Positions 44,951 through 56,335 of a stretch of 64,000 nucleotides of DNA are shown in pieces. Position numbers and translations under genes: made by a program. Location: positions 96,001 to 160,000 of the forward strand of contig CM000153.2 in NCBI GenBank assembly GCA_000004695.1, written 5' to 3'. The notes below the pieces were generated by a model, which saw only the letters and a program-made list of their open reading frames with translations, had not been told where the DNA came from and made no database searches. The stretch is from Dictyostelium discoideum. Lineage: Eukaryota. Numbering within the stretch: position 1 is the stretch's first letter; each line of letters begins with the position of its first letter.

Positions 44951-45271
44951 TTTTTATTTTTTTTATTTTAAAAATAAATTAAAATAAAAAATAAAAAAAT
45001 AAAAAAATAAAAAAAATGTTCTATGGAAGCATTTATGAAAAAAAAAAAAAAAAAATAAAAATCTTACAGCAAATTTTTTTTTTTCATTTTTTTTTTCTTT
45101 TTTTAATTTTTATTTTTTTTATTTTTTATTTTTTATTTTTTATTTTTTATTTTTTTTAAAGAAGTTAAAAAACCCCACAAAGAAAAAAAAAGAATAAAAA
45201 TAAAATAAAGTACACAATCCACACACACACACCTCAAGTAAATACATCATATAAATTTAGAATATTATATA

Positions 45272-45856
45272 ATGAATTCAATGATTAGAAATGTACTTAA
45301 AACTACAACAAATGTTGGTTTAAAAAATACAAGTGGTTTAGTTTTTAGACAAACAAATGTTAATTTTTTAAAATCCTCAACAACCACAACAGCAATTAAA
45401 AGTGGAATTTTTGGAGAACTAATTACAAAAAGAAATTATCATGAAAGAGTATTGGATCATTATAATAACCCAAGAAATATTGGGTCATTCGATAAGAAAG
45501 ATATCGATGTTGGTACTGCAACCGTTGGTGCACCAGCATGTGGTGACGTTATGAAAATTCAAATCAAGGTAAAGGAAAACATTGTTGTCGATGTTTGTTT
45601 CAAAACTTTTGGTTGTGGTTCTGCAATCGCTTCAAGTTCATTGGCAACTGAATGGGTAAAAGGTAAAACATTAGATCAATGTCTCGAAATTAAAAATACC
45701 GATATCGCAAAACATCTCTCACTTCCACCAGTAAAAATGCATTGTAGTATGCTTGCCGAACAAGCTATCAAAAGAGCTATCTATGATTACAAAGTTAAAC
45801 ATGAAAAATTAAATTCATCTGAACAAACTACAATTGAAACTACTGCATCTTTGTAA
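45272..45856 (+). CDS. iscU: Mitochondrial iron-sulfur cluster scaffold protein IscU/Isu, 194 aa.
   Basis: An N-terminal presequence is followed by HYNNPRNIGSFDKKDIDVGTATVGAPACGDVMKIQIKV...CFKTFGCGSAIASSSLATEWVKGKTLDQCL...LPPVKMHCSMLAEQAIKRAIYDYK, which carries the three conserved Cys and the LPPVK motif of IscU. The symbol is the generic family name. Confidence 0.9.
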   Translation: MNSMIRNVLKTTTNVGLKNTSGLVFRQTNVNFLKSSTTTTAIKSGIFGELITKRNYHERVLDHYNNPRNIGSFDKKDIDVGTATVGAPACGDVMKIQIKVKENIVVDVCFKTFGCGSAIASSSLATEWVKGKTLDQCLEIKNTDIAKHLSLPPVKMHCSMLAEQAIKRAIYDYKVKHEKLNSSEQTTIETTASL

Positions 45857-46398
45857 ATAATTTTAATAATTTAAAAAAATAAATAAAAAAATAAAAAAAT
45901 AAAAAAAAAATAAAAAAATATATAAAAAAAAAAAAAACTATTATAAATTTAAATAATATTGCCTTCTTTACTTTGATATATACCATTTTTATTATTTATT
46001 TTTTATTTATTCATCCTTTTTTTTATCGGGGTTTGGTTTTTCTTTTTTTTTTTTTTTTTTTTTTTTTTTTCGCTAAAATTTTTACGCCCTAAAAAAAATT
46101 AAAAAAATATCTCGAAATTATCGTTTTTTAATTAATTAATTAATTAATTAATTTAACTTTTTTTTTTTTTTTTTTTTTTTTATTGTATTTCTATTTTTGG
46201 AAACTCTCATAAGGGTTGATATGTAAGTATTTTATTAAATAGAGATTTTTTATAGTCTAATTGTTTTTTTTTTTTATTTTTACATTTTATTTTTTTTTTT
46301 TTTTTAAATTTTTTAAATTTTTTTTTTATTTTTTTTTTATATTTTTTTTTTTTTTAAATTTCTGCTTTGTAAATTCACACATAGAGCAAGTTAAAGAA

Positions 46399-46639
46399 AT
46401 GTTTAAAATAATCAAGATTAGAAATTTAGTGAAAAGTAGTAATTTTTCATTAAACAGATGCAATTTTAATAATAATTATAGGAATATAAATTTCAAAGAA
46501 AATAGGCTTTTTTCAACCTCAAATAGTATTATAGATAAAGATAAAATAAATTTTCAAAATGATATAAATAATAAATCCTTTGATAATAACAACAACACTA
46601 ATAGCAATAATATTAACAACGAAAACAAAAACAACCAAG

Positions 46640-46670
<31 letters not shown>

Positions 46671-46731
46671 CAACTACAATAATAGTAATAATAATAATAA
46701 TAATGATAATAATGACAATAATAACAACACA

Positions 46732-46772
<41 letters not shown>

Positions 46773-47277
46773 TAATAATAATAATAATAATTATAATTAT
46801 AATAACTCATATTATAATAAACGTTTAAAGTTTGATAAAGATTTCCGCATACTATTGCTTAAATCTTTGGGTATTATGTTTTTAGTTAGGACTTATGTTG
46901 TAGAGCTTACATATGTATGTATCTTTATTTTATTTATTTTAATAAAGTAGGAGATGAACAATTTGTTTTATTAATATTATTGTATTTAATTCCCCTCTCT
47001 ATCTATCTCTCTCTATGAATCTTACACATATACACAGTGTCAAGGTACATCAATGGAGCCAACAATAAACACAGGAGATTTCATTTTTATTAATAAATTA
47101 AGTAAAGATTATAAAGTTGGTGATTTAATTACTGCTGCTTGTCCAACTAATCAATTTTCAATTTGTAAAAGGATAAGGTTTGTTGTAAGTATTTCAAAAA
47201 TAATATTATAATTATAATATAAATAATTAATAATTAATAATAATAATAATAATACTCTCATATTTACATTTTATATT

Positions 47278-47314
<37 letters not shown>

Positions 47315-47635
47315 AACAACTAATAGGAAGGTGATAGAATTATATTTGAATCACCAAATGGTTTAGAGGTATATGAAGTTCCAAAAGATTATGTTTGGAT
47401 AGAAGGTGATAATTATGACACTTCAAGAGATTCTAGAATTTATGGTGCAATCCCAAAAAGATTAATAACTGGAAAAGTTTTAATGAGAGTAAGTCTTAAC
47501 TTTATCATTCAATATTTATATATTGTAGACCTTTTACTAATATATTTCTTTTTTTTCTCTCTCCACCTAAAGTTTTATCCACCCTCTTTATTAAAAGGAC
47601 CTGCTCCAATTACATTAACAGAGAAAATAAATTAA
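46399..47635 (+). CDS. Mitochondrial inner-membrane peptidase subunit (IMP1/IMP2, signal-peptidase S26 family). Four exons, 46399-46914, 47038-47184, 47327-47488 and 47573-47635, about 295 aa.
   Basis: Exon 1 is MFKIIKIRNLVKSSNFSLNR...(Asn-rich, about 100 aa)...KDFRILLLKSLGIMFLVRTYVVELTY with the GTATGT donor. Exon 2 is CQGTSMEPTINTGDFIFINKLSKDYKVGDLITAACPTNQFSICKRIRFV with the GTAAGT donor, and it holds the Ser nucleophile in SMEPT. Exon 3 is EGDRIIFESPNGLEVYEVPKDYVWIEGDNYDTSRDSRIYGAIPKRLITGKVLMR, carrying the GDN...S.DSR box, with the GTAAGT donor. Exon 4 is FYPPSLLKGPAPITLTEKIN*. All junctions are phase 0 with good consensus sites. Confidence 0.7.
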
Positions 47636-47761
47636 TAAATAAATTAATAAATATATATTTGGTAACAATATTAATAAGATTTGAGAGAGAGAGAGGGAGA
47701 GATAATATTATATTATTTTGCATTTTATTTATTTATTTATTTATTTATTTGTTTTTTTTTG

Positions 47762-47806
<45 letters not shown>

Positions 47807-47818
47807 ATTTTATATTAT

Positions 47819-47950
47819 TTATAAATCCCATGATTTGATTTGTTTATCGAAACCACCAGAAAATAATAAATTTAAAGATTTTGAAATGTGAATACAATTA
47901 ATTGAAGAATTTAAATGTCCTTGATAAACTTTATCTAATGAATAATTAAT

Positions 47951-47998
<48 letters not shown>

Positions 47999-49181
47999 TG
48001 ATGTTAATTTAAAAGATTTTAAAGAACCATTTTCAAAAGCACAATAAATTAAATTTGTATCACTATCAAATTGTAAATCATTAATTGATGAATTTTCATT
48101 TGTATTGATTTTTAATAAATATTGATTATCATTAAAATTATTTAAATTATCACAAGACCAAATTTTAATTGTACCATCATTTCCACCACTAATTAATTGA
48201 TTTAAATTATCATTATAAATAATCTTTCTAATCCATCCACCTTGATTTCCTTTAATAATATTTAAACACCTACCACTCTTTTTTTTTTTAAAAAATAATA
48301 AAAAATAAAAATAAAATAAAAATAAGAGAATTAATAAAATAATTTATAAATTATGTTATTTATATATGCTTACATTAATATCCCAAAATCTAATTGTACC
48401 ATCATTTGAACAAGAATATAAAGTATTTAAATTTTTATTAATTGCAATTGAAGAAACCCAACCATTATGACCAATGAATACTCTTTTAAAATTAATATTA
48501 TTTAAATCAAATTGTCTAATTGTATTATCATCAGAACATGTAAAGAAATAACTTGAATTTGGGATTACAATCAATTGATTAATTATACCAGTATGTCCAA
48601 TGAATGTTTGAATAACTTGTAAATTATTATCCCAGTATTGAATAGTTTTATCATGTGATGATGTTAATAAATTTTCAAATCCATAATCATTATTGTTATT
48701 GTTGTTACTACTAAAAATAAAAGTACTCCAAATTCCACCTCTTTTATGAATATATTTTGATTTTAGTACTTTAAAAATACCATTATCAGTATCATTACCA
48801 CTAGTATTTTCAAATTTCCAAATTTTAATTGATTTATCAATTGATGTTGTAAATAATTTACCATCATCTGATGAATTTATACTTGTAATTATATCTGTAT
48901 GATTTTTCAACACATTTTTAAATAATTTTATTTCTTTATTATTTTCATCATCATTATTAATATTGCTATTAATATCAATTTCATCATCATTAATATACCA
49001 TAATCCATATTCAATGAATCTATCTTTTTTACTTCTATGACCAATTATACAATTATTATGAATAATGAATGGTGTAATATTATCTCTTTGAGTAATTTTT
49101 AAATTAAAATAATTTGTACCATTTGGAAATAACTTTTTATCTAATAATCTATATCTAATTTTATCTTTTTTATCATTTTCC

Positions 49182-49254
<73 letters not shown>

Positions 49255-49966
49255 TAATTAATTAAATAATAAATTAATTAAATAATGAAAAATAAAAACT
49301 TACAGATAATGATAATAAAATATTTTTTGATTTAATATTAATACCTTGAGATTTTAAAAATAATCTCATTGCAATTTGATCATCAATACATGGGTTTAAG
49401 AAATTGATTGAATCTTGAATAAATTTAATTGTTCTTTGATTTGAACGAATGAAATAGAAACCAGCACAAATATCGTCATCATCTTGTTGAACGTATAAAT
49501 CAATGTCGTCATCGTTAGTGAATTGATTTTCTTGATTAATATCTTGATAGAAATGAATGAATGGATCTCTTTTCCAAACTATATCAGTATCAGTCCATAA
49601 TACATTATAACCTTTTTTTAAAACATCCAATACTACTAATGGTTTTTCATTACAAATCGCTCTAAATCCAATATCACCATATGACTCGGCATTTTCACTA
49701 TAAATTCCTTTATTATCGTTTGTATTATTATCATGAAAAAGTTGTGTTGATGATGTTGAAGAATTTATAATATCATCTCTTGAGAATCTTTGACACTCAA
49801 TACCTTTAAACTCTGCAAAGAATTGATATGCTTTATCATCCATACAATATAAAATGTATCTACTTTTATCAATTGATAACTTTTCAAAACATTTCAATAA
49901 ATTCAATGTCATATCTCTAAATCCATAATTACACATTAATACAATCTTATCATTTTCTTTAATATA
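47819..49966 (-). CDS. agtA: GT77-type glycosyltransferase fused to a C-terminal WD40 beta-propeller, matching AgtA of the Skp1 glycosylation pathway. Three exons, 49966-49304, 49180-48374 and 48277-47819, 642 aa.
   Basis: Exon 1 is MEKKVEYIKENDKIVLMCNYGFRDMTLNLLKCF...VLWTDTDIVWKRDP...FLKSQGINIKSKNILLSLS, a nucleotide-diphospho-sugar-transferase/GT77 fold with a DxD-like TDTD, ending at the GTAAGT donor. After an (AAT)18 intron, atag|GAA gives ENDKKDKIRY..., followed by WD repeats (TTSIDKSIKIWKF, LTSSHDKTIQYWD, FTCSDDNTIRQFDL, SCSNDGTIRFWDIN). A GTAAGC donor and aaag|AGT acceptor lead into SGRCLNIIKGNQGGW...GGNDGTIKIWSC...FSGGFDKQIKSWDL*. The GT-plus-WD40 fusion and the size fit what I recall of D. 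discoideum AgtA, about 648 aa. The ORF-track start at 50020 is a non-ATG artefact. Confidence 0.65.
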
Positions 49967-50069
49967 TTCAACTTTTTTTTCCATGTTTTTTGGGTATAAA
50001 AAAAAAAAAAAAAAAAACAATTACAAAAAAATGATAAACAATTAAATTCTAAAAATAAAAATTTTTATC

Positions 50070-50100
<31 letters not shown>

Positions 50101-50173
50101 TATTTTTTCATCCAAAATGCAAAATTTATATTTTTTTTAAAAAAAAAAAAAAGAAAAAAAAAGAAAAGAAAAA

Positions 50174-50335
50174 ACTCCTCTTTACCAAAAGTAATAAAAA
50201 AAAAATTAAAGTTATTATTAAAAAAAATAATAAACCGATAAAAAAAAAAAAAAAAAAAAAACTCCTCTTTAATTTTTTTTTTTATTACTTTTGGTAAAGT
50301 TATTATTAAAAAAAATAATAAAACGATAAAAAAAA
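50174..50335. promoter_or_regulatory. Tandem duplication of about 87 nt in the agtA upstream region, with the internal 20-nt core inverted between copies.
   Basis: Copy 1 (50174-) is actcctcttta|ccaaaagtaataaaaaaaaaa|ttaaag ttattattaaaaaaaataataaaccgataaaaaaaa. Copy 2 (50261-) is actcctcttta|atttttttttttattacttttgg|taaag ttattattaaaaaaaataataaaacgataaaaaaaa. The core is the reverse complement, between short palindromic ctttaa/ttaaag ends. Confidence 0.5.
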
Positions 50336-50624
50336 AAAAAAAATTCAGACGTTTTGTGTGTCTTTTGGCTTAAAATAAAATTTTCAGTGTAAAAACATTA
50401 TTATTTTGTTAAAAAACATTATTAAAAAAAATCTTTTATCATGTAGCTAAGTTGTGTTGGCATCATTATCGTTTTTTCAGGTAAAAAAAAGCCTTATAAA
50501 AAAAAAAACAATTCTTTTAATTTTATTTTAATTTTTATTTTAATTAAATTTTTATTTTTAATTTTAATTTTAATTTTAATTTTTTTTTTATTTTTTTTTT
50601 TTTTTTTTTATTTTTTTTTTATTT

Positions 50625-50870
50625 TTTTTTTTCATTTAATATATCAATAATAATATTTTATCGAGAAACCACTTTTTAAAATAATTTATTTCTTTTTTTT
50701 TTTTTTTTTTTTTTTTTTTCATTTAATATATCAATAATAATATTTTAATTAAATTTAATTTTTTTTTATTTTTTTATTTTTCTTTTTTTTAAACTATATC
50801 TATCATTTATAAAAACTATTTTTTTTTTCGATTTATATTTATAATTTTAATATATCAACAATTATTTTAA
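50625..50870. promoter_or_regulatory. Direct repeats of the motif TTCATTTAATATATCAATAATAATATTTTA in the agtA/CUE-gene divergent intergenic region.
   Basis: Two copies identical over 30 nt, at 50631-50660 and 50719-50748, each follow a T-run. A third diverged copy is tttaatatatcaacaattatttta at about 50846. Confidence 0.45.
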
Positions 50871-51250
50871 ATTATTTTCCATTAATAATAAGAAATTTTC
50901 CAAATTTAGAAAATCACAAATTTTAATTTCAATTTTTTTTTTTTTTATTTTATTTTTTTAATTACAAAACACCAATTTTTATAATTTTTAAAAATCACTT
51001 TAAACAATTTTATTATTATTATTATTTTTTTTTTAACCACCCCCAAAAAAAAAAAAAATATAATTATTCTCTTTCTTTTTTTTTTTTCTTCAACACTCTC
51101 GCACACATAATTTAATTTATCTGTTATCTTTTCGTGTCATATAATTTATCATTATTAAATAATTAATAATAATAATAAATAAATAATTAAATAAATAAAT
51201 AAATAAATAATAATTTTTTATTACGTATATACACATAATATAAATTTTCC

Positions 51251-51287
<37 letters not shown>

Positions 51288-51312
51288 ATTTAAAAAATAT
51301 AACAATAAAAAA

Positions 51313-52900
51313 ATGGAGGCAGCAACAAATACTTTAAGATCAATGTTTCCAAAGAGTTCAGCAGACCAATGTGTTTCTGCATTAAAAGTTAATAATTGGG
51401 ATTTAAGTGCAACTATTGACTATATGTTAGCACAAACTGCAACTGAGGAACAACAAGTTCAACAACAAGTCCAACAACAAGTTAACCCTTCAATTCCACC
51501 ACCACCACCACCACAAACAATTCCACCACCATTACCAGCCAATGTAATTGAATCTGAAGAGGATAAATTATTAAAAGAATTTTTATTCCTTGAACAACAA
51601 ATACACATTAATAGAATTCCAACTCCACCACCATACAATCCTTCAACAAACAACATTAAACCATCAATTGCTGTAGTTGAAAAGGTTGAGCCAATTTCAA
51701 TTCCACCACCACCTCCACTACCACAACCAATTGTTCATGAACATCAACCACAACAAGAACAACAACAAGAACAACAACAAGAACAACAAGAAAAACAAGA
51801 GGAAGAACCAAAAACTAGAGAAAATAATAGTTTATTAAGAAATATTACAAATACTCTTAAAGAATTGGAAAATGAAGTTAGAAATTTAGTTATGGAAAAG
51901 AAACCACAACCAAATGTTGTTGAAACTGTTGAAACTACTGAAACCGTTATCTCAAATAATAACAACAACAATGACAATGTTGAAAATATTGCTCAAAATA
52001 ATATCGAACAATTAGTTGAAAAAGTTGAACAAGAACAACAAGAACAAGAAGAAGAACAAGAAGAAGAACAAGAAGAAGAACAAGAAAATAATGAAAACAA
52101 TAATAACAACAATAGTCAAATACCAAATGAAGTTAAAGTTGCAATCGATCAATTGGAATCATTATTTAACTCTTCATTAGAAAAAACTGAAAAGATTTTA
52201 AATGAATTAAAAGAAGAAATTACAAGTTGGAAAATTAAAGATAATGTTAAAACTTTCACCGTTACCGTTAGAAATGAATTATCTGATATGTTGGCCTCTT
52301 TAGCAAACTATATCTCACCAGAACAAACTGTAAATACTCAAGAAGAAATTGAAACTGGTTTAATTTAAACTTTGATTTTCAATATCATCATTATTTATTG
52401 TTGTTGTTCTTTTTATTTTCCTCTTTTCTATTTTTTTATGTACCTTTAACTCTTATTTATTTGGATTAAAATAGTTTGGTCTCTTTTTATTTCCTCTTTA
52501 AACTACTTTCTATCTCAACATAAAAAAAAAAAAAATAATAAAAAACTTTCTTCCATATACTACTTTCTATCCACTTCCTTTCTAAACTTTTTTTTTTTAA
52601 GATATAGTTCTCTCCCCTTTATAATTTTCCAATTTTATTGTTCTTTTTTTTTTACTAATAATAATCTTTTTTTTAAAATTTTTTTAGCAAGTTCAAATTC
52701 AAAGAAAGGAAGCAAAAAGACAAGAATTAGAGAATAAATTAAAAGAATTAAAGGAACATAATAGAAATTTAGAAGAGGAAAGAAGAATTGCAATTGAAAA
52801 GATTGAAAATAAATATAAACAACAAACAACAACTACAACCTCTTCTGGTAATCAAATTCCACCACCACCACCATATCCAGAAGAAAATTCTGAACAATAA
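51313..52900 (+). CDS. CUE-domain protein, Pro/Gln/Glu-rich. Proposed two exons, 51313-52329 and 52688-52900, about 409 aa. Alternatively a single exon ending at 52368.
   Basis: The N-terminal CUE-like domain is NTLRSMFPKSSADQCVSALKVNNWDLSATIDYML, with the MFP motif. Proline-rich PPPPPQTIPPPLP and an acidic coiled-coil follow. The segment 52688-52900 is an open, coding-like 71-codon frame: QVQIQRKEAKRQELENKLKELKEHNRNLEEERRIAIEKIENKYKQQTTTTTSSGNQIPPPPPYPEENSEQ*. It is immediately preceded by tttttag and an in-frame TAG, so it must be a spliced exon. The only phase-compatible donor upstream is GTAAAT at 52330 (...ISPEQT|). That would make a 358-nt C/T-rich intron. Confidence 0.55.
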
Positions 52901-53066
52901 ATAATATATTAAGTTTTAAATAAATAGTTTATGTATCTTTTAATATATACATTTTGTGCATTTTTTTTTTTTTTTAATATTATTATTATTATTTACAAAA
53001 AAAATTTATTTATTTATTAATTTATTTACAAGTTTATTTTGTTTATTTTTTTTTATTATTTTTTTT

Positions 53067-55575
53067 TTATCTAGTAATTGTATATTTATTATTACCACTT
53101 TTTAAAATCATTCCTTGATTATTTAAACCTTCTAAAACATCATTAAAATTTTCAAAAGGTAATTTATATTCTTTAACAATTTGTAAGAGTTCTTGTTTTG
53201 AAAAAGTTGATGTACCAGTTTTTGAGGCTTCTTTATTGAAAATTGAAATATATTTTTTAGATAAACCACTTTTACTCATACCAGTGGCTCTTCTAAAATC
53301 AATATTACCATGTTCATCTTCAAAAGTATCCAAAAGTGAATCTCTCATAATCTCTACGATATCGATTGCATCTTGTTCTGTAACGGTTTCACGTAATTCA
53401 AGTTTTGCTCTTGCTTCTGCTAAACGAATTAATGATTCCAATTGACGAGTTGTAACTGGCATTGAATCAGAACCTGTAGATTTTGAACGAAGTTCTAAAT
53501 AAAATTTTTGTATAACTTTAATTGCCTCTTCTGAAAGTCTTGGTGAAACATATTTCTTTGCATAACTTATATATTTTCTAAGGATAACTGTTGGAATTAA
53601 ATTAATCTCTTGACCATGAGTTATTAATAATTTTTGTTTTAATGGTAATGATTTATCATGATCTTCTTCATGAGTATATTGAGATGAATTTGTTGTTGCC
53701 GAGGATGATGATGATGATTGTTGAGGTTTTCTTTTTTTAACGCCTGATCCATTTGAATGAAGATTTAAAATATTATGAGAGATAATATGATCCTTTTCAG
53801 TGTTTGGTTTATCCATTAAAATGAAAATTAAATCGAATCTACTGAGTAGTGGTGCACTCATTTTGATATTTTCTGAAACTGTCTTTGCACGATTATAATG
53901 ACCCCCGACTGGATTAGCAGCAGCAACTACAGATGTACGAGCTGGTAAATTACAAACAATACCAGCCTTTGCAATACTAACCGATTGTTGTTCCATTGCT
54001 TCGAGTAGAGCAGGATGTTCATCTGTCATCTTATCGAATTCATCTATACAACAACAACCTTGATCCGCCAATACCAAAGCACCAGCTTCAATTGCAAAAT
54101 CACCTGAACCTTTTTCTCTTAACAATGTTACAGTTAAACCTGTTGTACTTGAATAGCCACCACAAACATAAACACCACGAGGTGATAAATGATAGATCGA
54201 TGTTAACATTTGACTTTTACCTAAACCAGGATCACCAACAATTAAAACATGTGGATCCGATCTAATTGATAGTTTATTCTTGTCGGATCCATTACTACTT
54301 CTATTTGGACTACCACCAAACAAAGCCAATGTTAAACCTGCTTTAACCAATTCATGCCCATAGATGGTTGGACAAATTGAATTTGAAATTAATTTGAAAA
54401 TATTTGGATGTTCAGCAATCTCTTTAATACCATACATATCCTTTAAAGAGAAGGAGGTAGTTTCAATCTTTCCTCCATTGCCACTAGTTCTCTTTGGGGA
54501 ATCTATAGAGTTTACATCTATATAAATGAGGAAAACAGGTTTATTTTGATTTTGAAAACCTGTTTCCTCTGCTCTTAATACTTTTACAACACCACTAATG
54601 GTCACAATATCGCCAGGTACAATAGTTTCAACCATTTCATCGGTGATTTCACATTCAAATGCTTTTGGTATACCACTTGATTCCTTTTGGTCGGCATCCT
54701 CTTGAATTCTAATTTTTTGCCAATCTATAGTGACGGCGGTTGATCTATCCGGTTCGAATATTTTACCTCTACAACCATGATTTAAACAATTTGAAGGAAA
54801 TGTAACTTTTCCCTCTGTAAAATATTGTGTTGGTGTACGTGTTGAACATTTATTACAAATGAATTGCATTTGAGTTACCAATGGTTTAACATTACCAACA
54901 CGAATTACAGTACCTTTTAATGAAACAAATTTATCAATAAGATTTGCTTTCAATTTCTTTAATTGTAATAATGGTTCAAAATGAAATATCCTTATATTTA
55001 TCTTTTTCTTTGGTCTTTGACTCTCTGAAACATTTTCATATAATACTTGATAAATTACAACACCTAAACAATTAATTACCATTTCTGAATCATCTCTTAA
55101 TCTAATTTCAAATTGATCTTCTACTCTATAAATTTGATTTTTTAATAATTGATAATCTAATGGTATTGTATTATTTTCATCTGGTGCATAAAGTGTCTAA
55201 AATAATAATTTTAATTAATTTAATAAATCAATTAATAATTTTTGTATTATTTAATTTTTATCTTACCTCATTACAAACATCTCTAAAAAGTGGAAGTGAT
55301 AATTGAATGAATTGATGTCTCTTTTCAAGTATTGCCTCTTGATTTAATTTTTCATCACCATTTTCAATAATTTTATTTGTTTTTGGTGGGAAATATAGTT
55401 TATATCCAATTAACTCATCCAATTGCGGATGTTGTTGTTGTTGCTGCTGTTGTTGACTTTGTTCTCTTTGTATAGTTTGTTGAGATTTAAATTGGACATA
55501 GTCATCACCTTCACTATTATTTCTTCGAATAATTTGTGTATTTGTGTTATTATTATTATTATTATTATTATACAT
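53067..55575 (-). CDS. mcm8: MCM8 (MCM-family AAA+ helicase, MCM8 subtype). Two exons, 55575-55267 and 55196-53067, 812 aa.
   Basis: Exon 1 (ORF 55258-55575) ends ...LFRDVCNE at the GTAAGA donor. The acceptor ttag|ACA gives TLYAPDENNTIPLDYQLLKNQIYRVEDQFEIRLRDDSEMVINCLG..., continuing into ORF 53067-55082. The MCM8-specific Walker A is GDPGLGKSQML, where MCM2-7 have GDP(G/S)(T/V)(A/S)KSQ. Long matches to human MCM8 include FAIEAGALVLADQGCCCIDEFDKM, ALLEAMEQQSVSIAKAGIVCNLPARTSVVAAANPVGGHYNRAKTVSENIKMSAPLLSRFDLIFIL and TTRQLESLIRLAEARAKLELRE. The zinc finger is CNKCSTRT...CLNHGC. Confidence 0.9.
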
Positions 55576-55836
55576 TAAACAAAAGAAATGAAAATAAAAA
55601 AAATTAAAAAAAATAAAAATAAAAATGAAAAAATAAAAAAAAAAAATTCAAAAAATAAAAAAAAAAAGTTTCTTTTCTAAGAAATATATTTGTTCCAAGT
55701 TTGTGTGTTTTTTTTTTTTTTTTTTTTTTTTTGAAAATAATTATTTATTTTTTTTGTACAGAGGAGATAAAAATCGGATTATGATTATAATTCTCCTTTA
55801 TTTATCGGAAGAGGGAAGAGGTTTTCGATTGTGAAT

Positions 55837-55869
<33 letters not shown>

Positions 55870-55993
55870 ATGGAGACGGGGCACGATTTAAAATATATTT
55901 TATTGAAGGTGGTATTACTTGATAAAAAAAAAAAGGTGAAATTATATTTGAAATATTATTATTATTATTATTATACTGTTATTGTGATTACTA

Positions 55994-56273
55994 CTACTTT
56001 TTAACAAAGAATTTGATTGATGCACCAATTACAACGGCAAGAATTAATAAAATCACAACGACTAAAATTATTATTCTCTTTTTTGATCTTGATTTATAAA
56101 CATATGCCTTTTCCAATTCTTCTACACCATATTCAATCTCTAAATCTGCTGTTGTAACATTATTATCTGCTTGAACTAACATTTCACCTTGTTCATCTAC
56201 CATCATTCTATATATTTTTTTTTTATTAATAATTTATTTATTTTAGGAAATAAAAAAATAAATAATAAATAAA

Positions 56274-56335
<62 letters not shown>

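Noticed and set aside
48911-48913. ORF-track start codon of the WD40 ORF (48356-48913)
   Set aside because: It is GTG in the sequence. The exon actually begins at the atag| acceptor at 49180 and is part of the agtA model. Likewise the 50020 and 3571 track starts are not ATG.
52635-52832. Minus-strand ORF of 65 aa
   Set aside because: It is antisense to the clearly coding plus-strand coiled-coil exon.
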